Of a stretch of 64,000 bases of DNA, positions 51,443 through 64,000 are shown one piece after another (position 1 is the stretch's first letter; each line of letters starts with the position of its first letter). A model generated the notes under the pieces. The model made no database searches. It worked only from the letters and a program-made list of their open reading frames with translations, and had not been told where the DNA came from. This DNA comes from Octopus vulgaris (Eukaryota), in NCBI GenBank assembly GCA_951406725.2, contig OX597835.1, positions 10,478,001 through 10,542,000 of the forward strand. Direction: 5' to 3'. Position numbers and translations under genes: made by a program.

Positions 51443-52674
51443 GGTGATGTATGATGGATGATTGTTCAGTATTTTGAAAATCAAGTGCCTTGAATGTCTT
51501 GTGTGTGACAAATATTTATAAAAGACTAGAATGAAATGTGAATATACACATTCTCTCACACACATATATATCAATATATGTGTGTGGCATCAGGTACTAC
51601 TGAGTATTATCAAAAGTGAAGAAAGAAAATGAATGAAATAGATTTTGTGTTCAGTTCTATATTTAAGAGATGAGGAATTATGTACATTATTTACATTATT
51701 TACAATTGACAGATATTTGTCCTCATCCTGTTTGTTGCTAACACAACGTTTCGGCTGATTTACCCTCCAGCCTTCAACCAGAGTAGTCATAAATTAGGCT
51801 AGCACTGTAGTGGATAGCTTAATTTACATATCTATGTCTTGGATGGCACATCATTAACCAAACAATACCTATTCTATACACAACACAGCATCAATAAAAT
51901 ACATAAATGGAATGTAGTTACATTATTATTTAACTCACAGCGAGGCTTTGTAATATTTAAATGTATTTTCAGTTCTTCCGATTCATTCTGTGTTGTACAT
52001 AAAATATATATCATTTGATTAATAATGTAAAAAGTAGAAAGAAGCAAATTAAGTTTCCAGCTAGTGACAACCTATTTTACAACTGCCTGATCTCAACAGA
52101 ATATTTTATTGTATTAATTGGCAAAGAAAACATGGATTGTTTGCTTAGAGGAGTGGCCAACAAACTGGGATTGACTCCTATTATTTTCCTGCACGTCAAA
52201 AGCATAGAAGGAACACATTTATGTATTTAGTTCACCCACAGCTAGACTTTCAAAGATGTGTTTGTGTGCAGAAATGGGTGTATGGTTAAGATGTTTGCTT
52301 CTGAACCATGTGGATGGAGGTTCACTTCCACTCCTGTTGTCCTCTGATTTTAGAATCAAGCTTAATTATCTTGGGAGTGAAATTTGGGAGAAAAAAAAAC
52401 TGGAAAAAGTTCATTTTGTGTGTGTGTGTGTACCCCGATGTCTTGACATGTTTGCATCGGTTGTAAGCTGAGCATCATTGTTCATATCAATGGTGTTGTT
52501 TGTTTTTCTGTTCTCGGGAGAAGAGATGCCCAGGCTTTTGTTTCCTGATAGGTTGGATGGAAACAAGTGAGTGTTGGCAACAGGGAAGGCATCCAGCTGT
52601 TGTAAATTTTGCTTCAACAAAGTCTTATCTGCCCCGTGCAAGCATGGAAAAGTAGGCATTAGAATGATTGATTA

Positions 52675-52719
<45 letters not shown>

Positions 52720-52734
52720 GCACCAATATATATG

Positions 52735-52965
52735 GCCGCTGCCAGCCTCGTCTGGCACCTGTGCCGGTGGCATGTAAAAAGCACCCACTACACTCATGAA
52801 GTGGTTGGCGTTAGGAAGGGCATCCACACAATATAATGTAGATAACACTGCCAGATCAGACTGGAGCCTGGTGCAGCCTCCTGGCTTCCCTAGCCCCGGT
52901 CGAACCGTTCAACCCATGCTAGCATGGAAAACGGACGTTAAACGATGATGATGATGATGATGATA
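52735..52965 (+). mobile_element. RTE LINE 3'-end fragment
   Basis: Shared 3' UTR and (GAT)n tail after (TA)n. Confidence 0.8.
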
Positions 52966-53397
52966 TATATATATGAACACACACACACATACACGTGTGT
53001 GCGTATGTACATAAAGTGCACCCATACATGCATACGTTCATTTGTTTTCCATCATTTAACATCTGTTTTTTTCCATGTTAGTATGGGTTTGGATGGAAAG
53101 GTTTTCAAGGTAGGATTTTATGGCTGTATGCTCCTCCTGTCACCGACCCTTACCTGTGTACAAGTCAAGGATTTTTTGTTTTATTCTTGACGCTTTGGAA
53201 TGCATGACAATACCTGTGTTCGTTAGTGTGCATAACTTATTGTGAAAAGGGGGTGATGTTGAATTACGAAGCTAACGATACTGGGTTCAAGCCCTCTGCA
53301 GGCAATTTGTGCGTGTGCACGTGTGCAAATATATTTACTTCTTTATTGTTTCATTTTTACCTACATTGTTGCAGTTAGTTATTAAATAATCTACAAT

Positions 53398-53799
53398 AGG
53401 CGCAGGAGTGGCTGTGTGGTAAGTAGCTTGCTAACCGACCACATGGTTCCGGGTTCAGTCCCACTGTGTGGCATCTTGGGCAAGTATCTTCTGCTATAGC
53501 CCCGGGCCAACCAATGCCTTGTGAGTGGATTTGGTAGACGGAAACTGAAAGAAGCCTGTCGTATATATATATATATATGTGTGTATGTGTGTGTGTTTGT
53601 GTTTGTCCCCCTAGCATTGCTTGACAACCGATGCTGGTGTGTTTACGTCCCCGTCACTTAGCGGTTCGGCAAAAGAGACCGATTGAATAAGTACTGGGCT
53701 TACAAAGAATAAGTCCCGGGGTCGAATTGCTCGACTAAAGGCGGTGCTCCTGCATGGCCGCAGTCAAATGACTGAAACAAGTAAAAGAGTAAAAGAGTA
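53398..53799 (+). mobile_element. ~400 bp tRNA/CORE-like SINE
   Basis: Full-length copy with (GTAAAAGA) tail repeats. Confidence 0.87.
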
Positions 53800-54727
53800 A
53801 TGTTGTATAAGATGGAATGGTACCCTATTCAGGGATATTTTGAGGTTTATCCCTGATGGTCACTTAATCCCATGGACCTGGTCCTAAACACCAACCTTTG
53901 TGAATGGCTTTGGGCCGCTTCAAACACATACGGTAGTATTGCAGTTTCATATTTGAACAAAACTGTCAAAGAAGGTGGTGCTGTGTTGTACAGAATGGCA
54001 TCAGCAGCAGCAGCAGCATCAAAGTAGTTATTGAATCTTCTAGATTATCTCTTCCAAACACTTTGGTCTCTTCTAATGTTATTTGTCAGAATCTTTATTC
54101 AATAAAGTCTGCTACTTTATTGCCAATAATTTTGATAATATTGGCCTCTTCAGTCCTGTCTTTGTTATTATCAGGAATGGAAAATGGTGTGTGTGTGTAT
54201 GTGGATGGTGTATGTGTGACAGGCTATGTTTGGATAGATATGGGTGTGTGTGGGTATTTCTGTGGATGGATGCATGTGTATGTATCTCTAGTTGGGTATG
54301 GGTTTCTAAGTGAGTAGGTGTGTGTGTATGTTAATGTGTTAAAAAGTGTTGTAGGAAGTATTATAGTTACATCAAAACAATAACAACAGTTTTTGTTTGC
54401 TTCTGTGTGAAAGAACTGGATTGTCGTAACTAAAGAGAGTTAATATCTTGAAATTATTAATCTGATGCTTTGTTGTATGATGAAGATTGACTTATTCTGG
54501 AGTTCAGACAAAATTGCTTTCTATCTGAGAATATTCGCTAATTAAGAGAGATTTGCAATTATGGTGGATGATTTATGGGTGGAGGGAGGAAGGGGCAAGA
54601 ATGATAAAAACAACAACAACAATAAACAGATAAAAATGTAACACAGTAGGTGCGAAACAATAAAAAAACAAACAAAATATACAATTTATTAGTTTATAAT
54701 TTTCATCCACTTCTAAATAGCATCTGA

Positions 54728-54783
<56 letters not shown>

Positions 54784-57104
54784 TGGGGTGTATGAATGTA
54801 GGAGGGAAGAAGGAAGGAAGAATAAGGTAACTTCACTTTGGGAGGTGGGGGTTTCTGACATTTTGGGTAGAGTTCCTCCTTCAGGTTTGAAATGAAAGAC
54901 AAGAGAGAAAAGGAAAGACTCAAGAGTTTTACCTTTTCTTCATCAAAGCAAATAACAGAAACTGATTGGGAACTCAAAACAAGATGAAAGCGTTATGTTC
55001 AGAGCAATAGTAGTGAGAGAGAAATAAAAGGAGGAAGAAATGTTGGGCAAGGATGAGGGGTGTTGGGGACAATTGGAGAGAGAGAGAAGAGATAAAGGAT
55101 AAAGCAGAAATGACTGTTGTGAGAGTGGGTGAAGGAGTTATGAGAGAAACGTTTATTTAAACTCGGTGATAGGGTTTCAAGTCTGGCAGTAATACGTTGT
55201 TTCCTTTATTTCTTTGTGTGAGGATCTGTGGCATAAAGACTTACGGGGGACACTAAATGATAGGTGGTGGTAGAGAGGTTCTTTGTGTTGAGGGGTAGAA
55301 TACTAGGTATGTAGGAATAATTTCAAGAAGTTGTTTGGGAGAAGAGGTTAATAGAAAGGAGAGATAGTTAACAATATGAATCAGTGATAAAAGAGTGTCA
55401 ACATTTCTTCTCTTCACATCTTTTACTCCTGTTCACTTTTGATGCCATGGAAAACTTTTAACCATTCCTTGCTTTTGGAACAGTGATGCAGACAGACAGA
55501 CAGACAGAGACGCTGTTGCTATAGCAATAAATTAATGTTCTTAGCATTGGGAAGATTATAAGTGTTACAGCTTTCAATTTCTTAGAATTCTAAAGCTTCT
55601 ATATCTGGTAAAAACAGTGGGTGAGACCATTCTGTTGAACCTTGTCAAGAATTACCATGATACCATTTCAAACTGCTCTTGGAGTTGAATACATTATGAA
55701 ACGACCAGATATCCTGAAAGAAGCTAATCTTGTTTCAAATTCCAATTAGCCATGGATCCTGTCTTATTATTCTAAAGATTGTAGGAATTAGTAAATATTA
55801 TTACTAAGAATGAAGTTTAGCTGAATCACCAAACTCAAGCAATCTATATTCCACCCATTTTCAAAAGACAGCCAAATATCTCATAAAAAGACATTCTCCT
55901 TATTAATATCAGCAGTACCATTCTGTTGCCAACAACCATTTCTTCATATTTGTCACATTTTTGGCAATAATTTCTCTTGGTTTTCATTCAACCTGCCTCT
56001 CTCTTAAATGGTAGTGACACCATGTGGTTTAGAAACAAGATTTTCTTTTTTTTTTTTCCATTAAAATAATAAGGTCTTAAGTGAAAGATGCAGTGATTAC
56101 CCAAACCAAGCTGGCACATTATCATTATGTCTTCAGATGAAAGAGAAATTTGGAAAACATGAATAGATTTACTATAAATATGTCGATTTCTATTGATTTC
56201 TGTTTTGGGTTTTGAACTGGAAACCAGAGAGAAATCTCCTGACCTGTAAACAGACAGTTATTATGTTGGTTTACTTTGAACTTGTCCGTCTGACATAAAG
56301 AACATGGAAAAATTTCTTCGACTCACTAAACTTCTCTTAACAGCCAAAAGTTTTTGATGGTCAGATAGGCCGGTATTTTGGTTTCAAATAATTCTATAAA
56401 TGTTGAAGTCAGTGGAGTGACAGAAACAGCATTAGAGAGCCATCAATATTGGTCTCATTCTAAGACAGCAAACTGGCAGAATCATTAGCATGCCGGGTGA
56501 AATGCTTAGTGGTATTTCGTCTGCTGATAAGGCGGCGAGCTGGCAGAAACGTTAGCATGCCGGACGAAATGCTTAGCGGTATTTTGTCTGCTGTTACGTT
56601 GTGAGTTCAAATTCCGCCAAGGTCAACTTTGCCTTTCATCCTTTCAGGGTCGATTAAATAAGGACCAGTTACAGACTGGGGTCGATGTAATCGACTTAAT
56701 CCCTTTGTCTGTCCTTGTTTGTCCCCTCTATGTTTAGCCCCTTGTGGGTAGTATAGAAATAGGTATTTCGTCTGCTGCTACTTTCTGAGTTCAAATTCTG
56801 CTGAGGTCAACTTTGCCTTTCATCCGTTTGGGGCTGATAAATTAAGCACCTGTGAATCACTAGGGTTGATGTAATTGACTCGTCCCTTCCCCACAAATTT
56901 CAGGCCTTGTGCCTTTAGTAAAAAGTATATTGGTCTCATTCTTGAAGGTGGTGAACTGGGCTTTACGGCATTTTGTCTGTCTTTACCTTCCGAGTTCAAT
57001 TAGTGCTAAGGTTGACTTTGCCCTCCATTGTTTTGGAGTTGATAAAACAAGTACCAGTTGAACACTGGGGTTGATGCAATCAGCTTACTCCTCTCCTAAA
57101 ATTG

Positions 57105-57590
57105 CAGAACAATTAAACAAAAGGTTTAATGGGCACAGATTCGACGTCATGCACAATAACAGTAGTTCAACAGAACTTGCCGAACATTTCGTTTCAAGCG
57201 GCTTCAATTTTATAGAAGACTTGAAAGTGCATATTAGCAGAAAATATTCTGAATCTACTTTCGCTTTCACTTCTCAGAATGTATGAGGAGAAATATGTTT
57301 GCGGGTTATTAACATCACGCCCTGGAGGGATGAATAAGATGACAGGAGAATATCATCAAATTTATACAAAACTGTTTGATCAAATATTCTTCTTTCTCTC
57401 TTTTTCTTTCCTTTCTTTCTATCGTCTTCTTTTTTCTGTTTTTTTTTCTTTCTTTTCGCCTGTTAAAGACTTAAAAACTGATGATGTCATTCCATCAACG
57501 TGTGGACGCCACTTGCTCTCATTCATACTTTACATTTAAATTTCTGAATTCGATAAAATACTTACAATTGAATTGCGCTCTTCGTCTTGA
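57105..57590 (+). mobile_element. Penelope-like element relic: GIY-YIG endonuclease C-terminal half (frameshifted) plus 3' region
   Basis: EQLNKRFNGHRFDV...TELAEHF...DLKVHI then YEEKYVCGLLTSRPGGMN, the RxxxH...HF...E...L.T..P.G.N pattern of PLE GIY-YIG domains. Confidence 0.8.
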
Positions 57591-57591
57591 C

Positions 57592-57625
<34 letters not shown>

Positions 57626-57681
57626 CATTATTATCATTATTATCATTATTATTATTGTTTTTATTATTATTATCATTATTA

Positions 57682-57733
<52 letters not shown>

Positions 57734-57737
57734 CATT

Positions 57738-57772
<35 letters not shown>

Positions 57773-57805
57773 TATCCTTATTATTATTATTATTATTATT
57801 ATTAT
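57592..57805. repeat. (ATT/ATC)n microsatellite
   Basis: Direct reading. Confidence 0.95.
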
Positions 57806-58106
57806 TTGACTAGCCCCCACCCCACGAAATTGCTGGCCTTGTGCCAAAATCTGAAACCATTATTATTACTATTATTACTATTATCATTTTCAAGGTGTTG
57901 AGCTGGCAGAACTGTTAGGCATGCTGGGTGAAATGCTTAGTGGTATTTTGTTTCACACTACATTCTGAGTTCAAATTCTGCTGAGGTCTACTTTTCTTTT
58001 CCTCCTTTTGGGGTCGTTTAAATAAGTACCAGTTATGCACTGGGGTCAATGTAATCGACTTAATCCCTTCCCCCAAATTTGAGGCCTTGTGCTTCCAGTA
58101 GAAAGG

Positions 58107-58144
<38 letters not shown>

Positions 58145-58823
58145 GGTGGCGAGCTGGCAGAACTGTTAGCACGCTGAGTGAAATATTTAGTGGTATTTTG
58201 TCTACCTCTACATTCTGAGTTCAAATTCTGCCAAGGTCGACTTTACCTTTCATCCTTTAGGGGTTAATAGAATAAGCACCAGTGCAACTAGCCCTTTCCC
58301 CATCAAATTTCAGGCCTTGTGCCTTCAGCAGAAAGGATTATTATTATTATAATCATTATGAAATGATCATAATAATAATGATTATAACAAACACTTGGGG
58401 TCGGTGTAGTCGACTCACCCCCTCCCCAAAGTGGCAAAATTTGAAACCATTATCGTTATTACTGTCGTTAAGATGGGGAGCTGTCAGAATTGTTAATACT
58501 CAGCTACATTTCTTGCAACTCTTTACATTCTGAGTTCAAATCCTGCTCAAGTGAACTGTATCCTTTGTCCTTTTTGAGATCAATAAAATAAGTACCAGTT
58601 AACTGTTGGGGATGGGGGTCAACAGAATCGACACCTCCAAATTGCTGGCCTTGTGCCAAAATTTGAAACGGTCATTATTTTATTTTTAGAATTTTTTATT
58701 CTTCGATTTTATTATCACAATTTAATTATATTACTATTATGATTTGATTTTATTATTTTATTATGTTATTTTTGTTATTATCAATTATTTTTTTTAAAGT
58801 GGTGAACTGGCAGGTGTGTTACT

Positions 58824-61800
58824 GTATGGGAGAAATCACCTGGTTTTCTTCCAATTTTACATTGAGATCAAATACTGCTGAGGCAGACTTTGCCTTTCAT
58901 CCTTGTGGGGTTGATAAAACAAGTACCAGTCAAAGACTGGGGTTGATATAACTAACTTACCCCTTCCTCTGAAATTGCTGGCCTTGTGAAAAAATTTTTT
59001 GTGTAAAATCACAAAGTATGGAAGGCCAGCGGTGCCAAAATCACAAAGTATGGAAGGCCAGCGGTGCCAAAATCACAAAGTATGGAAGGCCAGTGGTGCC
59101 AAAATCACAAAGTATGGAAGGCCTGTGGTGCCAAAATCACAAAGTATGGAAGGCCAGCGGTGCCAAAATCACAAAGTATGGAAGGCCAGCGGTGCAAAAT
59201 CAAAAAGTATGGAAGGCCAGCGGTGCCAAAATCACAAAGTATGGAAGGCCAGCGGTGCAAAATCAAAAAGTATGGAAGGCCAAATCACAAAGTATAGCAA
59301 TTTTTGTGGAAAAATTTTCTGAAAATTTTCACCAAAAATTTTTCGAAAATTTTCACCGAAAATTTTCCCGAAAAATTTATCGAAAATTTTCACCGAAAAT
59401 TTTACCCAAAAATTTTTCAGAAATTTTCATCGAAAATTTTACCCAAAAATTTTTCAGAAATTTTCACCAAAAATTTTTCGAAATATTTCACCTAAAATTT
59501 TCACCAAAAATTTTCCGAAAATTTAACCCAAAAATTGCTATTCTTTGTGATTTCGGACCGCTGGCTTTCCATACTTTGGGATTTGGGTACTCCTGGCCGT
59601 CCATACTCTGTGATTTTGGCATTGTTGGCCTTTCATACTTTGTGATTTTAAACAAAAATTTTTCGAAAATTTTCAACGAAAATTATCCCCAAAAATTTTG
59701 GGAAAATTTTCACCGAAAATTTTACACAAAAATTTTTCGGAAATTTTCACCAAAAATTTTTTGAAAATTTTCATCGAAAATTTTACCAAAAAATCTTTCG
59801 AAAATTTTCACCGAAAATTTTCCCCAAAAATTTTTCGGAAATTTTCACCAAAAATTTTTCGAAAAATTTCACCTAAAATTTTACCAAAAAATCTTTCGAA
59901 AATTTTCACCGAAAATTTTCATCGAAAATTGTCCCCAAAAATTTTTCGGAAATTTTCAACAAAAATTTTTGGGTAAAATTTTCGATGAAAATTTTCGAAA
60001 AATTTTTGAGAAAATTTTCGATGAAAATTTTCGGTGAAAATTTTCTAGAAATTTTTGAGGAAAATTTTCGAAAAATTTTTGGTAAAATTTTAGGTGAAAT
60101 TTTTCGAAAAATTTTGCTGAAAATTTCCGAAAAATTTTTGGGGAAAATTTTCGGTGAAAATTTTCGAAAGATTTTTTGGTAAAATTTTCGGTGAAAATTT
60201 TCAAAAAATTTTTGGTGAAAATTTCCGAAAAATTTTTGGATAAAATTTTCGATGAAAATTTTCGAAAAATTTTTGGTAAAATTTTCGAAAAATTTTTTGG
60301 TAAAATTTTAGGTGAAATTTTAGAAAAACTTTTGGTGAAAATTTCCGAAAAATTTTTGGGGAAAATTTTCGATGAAAATTTTCGTGAAATTTTTCGAAAA
60401 TTTTCGTGAAAATTTCCGAAAAATTTTTGGGAAAATTTTCGGTGAAAATTTTCGAAAAATTTTTGAGGAAAATTTTCGATGAAAATTTTCGAAATTTTTG
60501 AAAATTTTCGTGAAAATTTCCGAAAAATTTTGGGAAAATTTTCGGTGAAAATTTTCGAAAAATTTTTGAGGAAAATTTTCGATGAAAATTTTCCGTGAAA
60601 ATTTTCGAAAAGTTTTGAGAAAATTTTCGGTGAAAATTTTCGAAAAATTTTTGGTGAAAATTTTAGGTGAAATTTTTCGAAAAACTTTTGGTGAAAATTT
60701 CCGAAAAATTTTTGGGGAAAATTTTCGATGAAAATTTTCGGTGAAATTTTTCGAAAAACTTTTGGTGAAAATTTCCGAAAAATTTTTGGGGAAAATTTTC
60801 GGTGAAAATTTTCGAAAAATTTTTGAGGAAAATTTTCGATGAAAATTTTCGGTGAAAATTTTCGAAAAATTTTTGAGGAAAATTTTCGGTGAAAATTTTC
60901 GATAAAATTTTTTGGTAAAATTTTAGGTGAAATTTTTCGAAAAACTTTTGGTGAAAATTTCCGAAAAATTTTTGTGGAAAATTTTCGATGAAAATTTTCG
61001 GTGAAATTTTTCGAAAAACTTTTGGTGAAAATTTCCGAAAAATTTTTGGGGAAAATTTTCGGTGAAAATTTTCGAAAGATTTTTTGGTAAAATTTTCGAT
61101 GAAAATTTTCGAAAGATTTTCATCGAAAATTTTACCCAAAAATTTTACCCAAAAAGATTTTCATCGAAAATTTTAACCAAAAATTTTTCGGAAATTTTCA
61201 CCAAAAATTTTTTGAAAATTTTCATCGAAAATTTTACCAAAAAATCTTTCGAAAATTTTCCTCAAAAATTTTTCGAAAATTTTCACCGAAAATTTTCCCC
61301 AAAAATTTATCGAAAATTTTCACCGAAAATTTTACCAAAAATTTTTCGAAAATTTTCATCGAAAATTTTACCCAAAAATTTTTCGGAAATTTTCACCAAA
61401 AATTTTTTGAAAATTTTCATCGAAAATTTTACCAAAAAATCTTTACGAAAATTTTCATCGAAAATTTTACCAAAAAAATCTTTCGAAAATTTTCACTGAA
61501 AATTTTACCCAAAAATTTTTCGGAAATTTTCACCAAAAACTTTTCGAAAAATTTCACCTAAAATTTTACTAAAAAATTTTTCTAAAATTTTCACCAAAAA
61601 TTTTTTGAAAATTTTCATCGAAAATTTTACCAAAAAATCTTTCGAAAATTTTCACCGAAAATTTTCGGTGAAAATTTTCCCTAAAAATTTTTCGGAAATT
61701 TTCACCAAAATTTTTCGAAAATTTTCACCGAAAATTTTCCCAAAAATTTTTCGAAAATTTCATTGAAAATTTTACCCAAAAACTTTTCGGAAATTTTCAC

Positions 61801-64000
61801 CAAGAATTTTTTGAAAAATTTCACCTAAAATTTTCACCAAAAATTTTCCGAAAATTTAACCCCAAAATTGCTATTCTTTGTGATTTCGGACCGCTGGCTT
61901 TCCATACTTTGGGATTTGGGTACCCCTGGCCATCCATACTCTGTGATTTTGGCATTGTTGGCCTTTCATACTTTGTGATTTTAAACAAAACTTTTTCGAA
62001 AATTTTCAACGAAAATTATCCCCAAAAATTTTTGGTGAATATTATCACCGAAAATTTTACCCAAAAATTTTTCGGAAATTTTCACCAAAAATTTTTTGAA
62101 AATTTTACCAAAATATCTTTCGAAAATTTTCACCGAAAATTTTCCCCAAAAATTTTTCGGAAATTTTCTCCAAAAATTTTCACCGAAAATTTTCCTCAAA
62201 AACTTTTCGAAAATTTTCATCGAAAATTTTCCCCAAAATTTTTTCGGAAATTTTCAACAAAAATTTTACCAAAAATCTTTCGAAAATTTTCACCGAAAAT
62301 TTTCACCGAAAATTTTCCCCAAAATTTTTCAGAAATTTTCACCAGTGTATGGGAGAAATCACCTGGTTTTCTTCCAATTTTACATTGAGATCAAATACTG
62401 CTGAGGCAGACTTTGCCTTTCATCCTTGTGGGGTTGATAAAACAAGTACCAGTCAAAGACTGGGGTTGATATAACTAACTTACCCCTTCCCCTGAAATTG
62501 CTGGCCTTGTGAAAATTTTTTGTGTAAAATCACAAAGTATGGAAGGCCAGTGGTGCCAAAATCACAAAGTATGGAAAGCGGTGCAAAATCACAAAGTATG
62601 GAAGGCCAGTGGTGCCAAAATCACAAAGTATGGAAGGCCAGCGTGCAAAATCACAAAGTATGGAAGGCCAGTGGTGCCAAAATCACAAAGTATGGAAGGC
62701 CAGTGGTGCCAAAATCACGGTGCAAAATCACAAAGTATGGAAGGCCAGTGGTGCCAAAATCACAAAGTATGGAAGGCCAGCGGTGCAAAATCACAAAGTA
62801 TGGAAGGCCAGTGGTGCAAAATCAAAAAGTATGGAAGGCCAGCGGTGCCAAAATCACAAAGTATGGAAGGTCAGCGGTGCCAAAATCACAAAGTTTTGAA
62901 AGCCAGCGGTGCCCAAATCACAAAGTATAGCAATTTTGGTGTAAAATTTTCTGAAAATTTTCGAAAATTTTCACCGAAAATTTTCGAAAATTTATCGAAA
63001 ATTTTCACCGAAAATTTTACCGAAAATTTTCCTCAAAAATTTTTTGAAAATTTTCATCGAAAATTTTACCCAAAAATTTTTCGGAAATTTTCCCCAAAAA
63101 TTTTTCGGAAATTTTCATCAAAAATTTTCATCGAAAATTTTCTAAAATTTACCAAAAATTTTACCAATTTTCGAAAATTTTCACCGAAAATTTTCATTGA
63201 AAATTTTACCCAAAAATTTTTCGGAAATTTTCACCAAAAATTTATTGAAAATTTCCATACTTTGTGATTTGGGTACCGCTGGCCTTCCATACTTTGTGAT
63301 TTTACGCAAAAATTTTTCGAAAATTTTCACTGAAAATTTTCCCAAAAATTTTTCGAAAACTTTACCCAAAAATTTTTCGGAAATTTTCCCCAAAAATTTT
63401 TAGAAAATTTTCACGGAAAATTTTACCAAAAAATCTTTCGAAAATTTTCATCGAAAATTTTACCAAAAAATCTTTCGAAAATTTTCACCGAAAATTTTCC
63501 CCAAAAATTTTTCGGAAATTTTCACCAAAAATTTTTCGAAAAATTTCACCTAAAATTTTACCAAAAAATTTTTCGAAAATTTTCACCGAAAATTTTCCTC
63601 AAAAATTTTTCGAAAATTTTCACCGAAAATTTTCATCGAAAATTTTCCTCAAAAATTTTTCGAAAATTTTCACCGAAAATTTTCCCCAAAAATTTATCGA
63701 AAATTTTCACCGAAAATTTTACCAAAAATTTTTCGAAAATTTTCATCGAAAATTTTATCCAAAAATTTTTCGGAAATTTTCACCAAAAATTTTTTGAAAA
63801 TTTTCATCGAAAATTTTCCCCCAAAATTTTTCAGAAATTTTCACCAGTGTATGGGAGAAATCACCTGGTTTTCTTCCAATTTTACATTGAGATCAAATAC
63901 TGCTGAGGCAGACTTTGCCTTTCATCCTTGTGGGGTTGATAAAACAAGTACCAGTCAAAGACTGGGGTTGATATAACTAACTTACCCCTTCCCCTGAAAT
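58824..64000. repeat. Complex higher-order satellite: SINE fragment + 32-bp arrays + GAAAATTTTC-based satellite
   Basis: ~170 bp SINE-derived block at 58824, 62347 and 63848; 32-bp unit AAAATCACAAAGTATGGAAGGCCAGCGGTGCC in direct (59005-59297, 62526-62930) and inverted (59535-59650, 61868-61982, 63254-63303) arrays; 11-13 bp A4T4 units between them. Confidence 0.93.

Noticed and set aside
53871-54026. Short ORF MDLVLNTNLCEW...AAAAASK
   Set aside because: 51 codons, no splice context or homology recognised.
50813-58800. Next INPP5F exon (expected EKEK.ERR.LEEL)
   Set aside because: Only near-match (ttcag-ATGAAAGAGAAATTT near 56137) hits a stop after nine codons.
59005-59297. 32-bp repeats as a CRISPR array
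   Set aside because: Head-to-tail units without unique spacers, no cas genes, eukaryotic context.
58999-63403. Long repetitive ORFs (KITKYGRP..., KIFRKFSP...)
   Set aside because: Arise because the 32-bp and A4T4 units happen to lack stop codons; no splice or start context.

Overview
AT-rich, repeat-saturated animal genomic DNA. The SINE/LINE families look like those of octopus; this is my recognition, not a database result. The only host gene I can support is a SAC2/INPP5F-type phosphoinositide phosphatase, seen as three consecutive + strand exons (43890-43967, 47851-47987, 50690-50812) that splice in frame; its first and later exons were not found. The rest is retroelements (a 5'-truncated but open RTE LINE with a PHD-type finger inside the RT, many RTE 3' ends, at least four tRNA-derived SINE families, a Penelope-like GIY-YIG relic), DNA transposon relics (mariner, Tigger-like and TTAA MITEs), micro/minisatellites and a 5 kb complex foldback-like satellite at the right end. 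The most interesting unannotated signal is a set of minimal type I hammerhead ribozyme motifs, most in or beside long DNA palindromes, including one joined to a head-to-head tRNA-like (Pol III) palindrome. Most short ORFs in the supplied track are repeat artefacts. Repeat boundaries are approximate and were read by eye.
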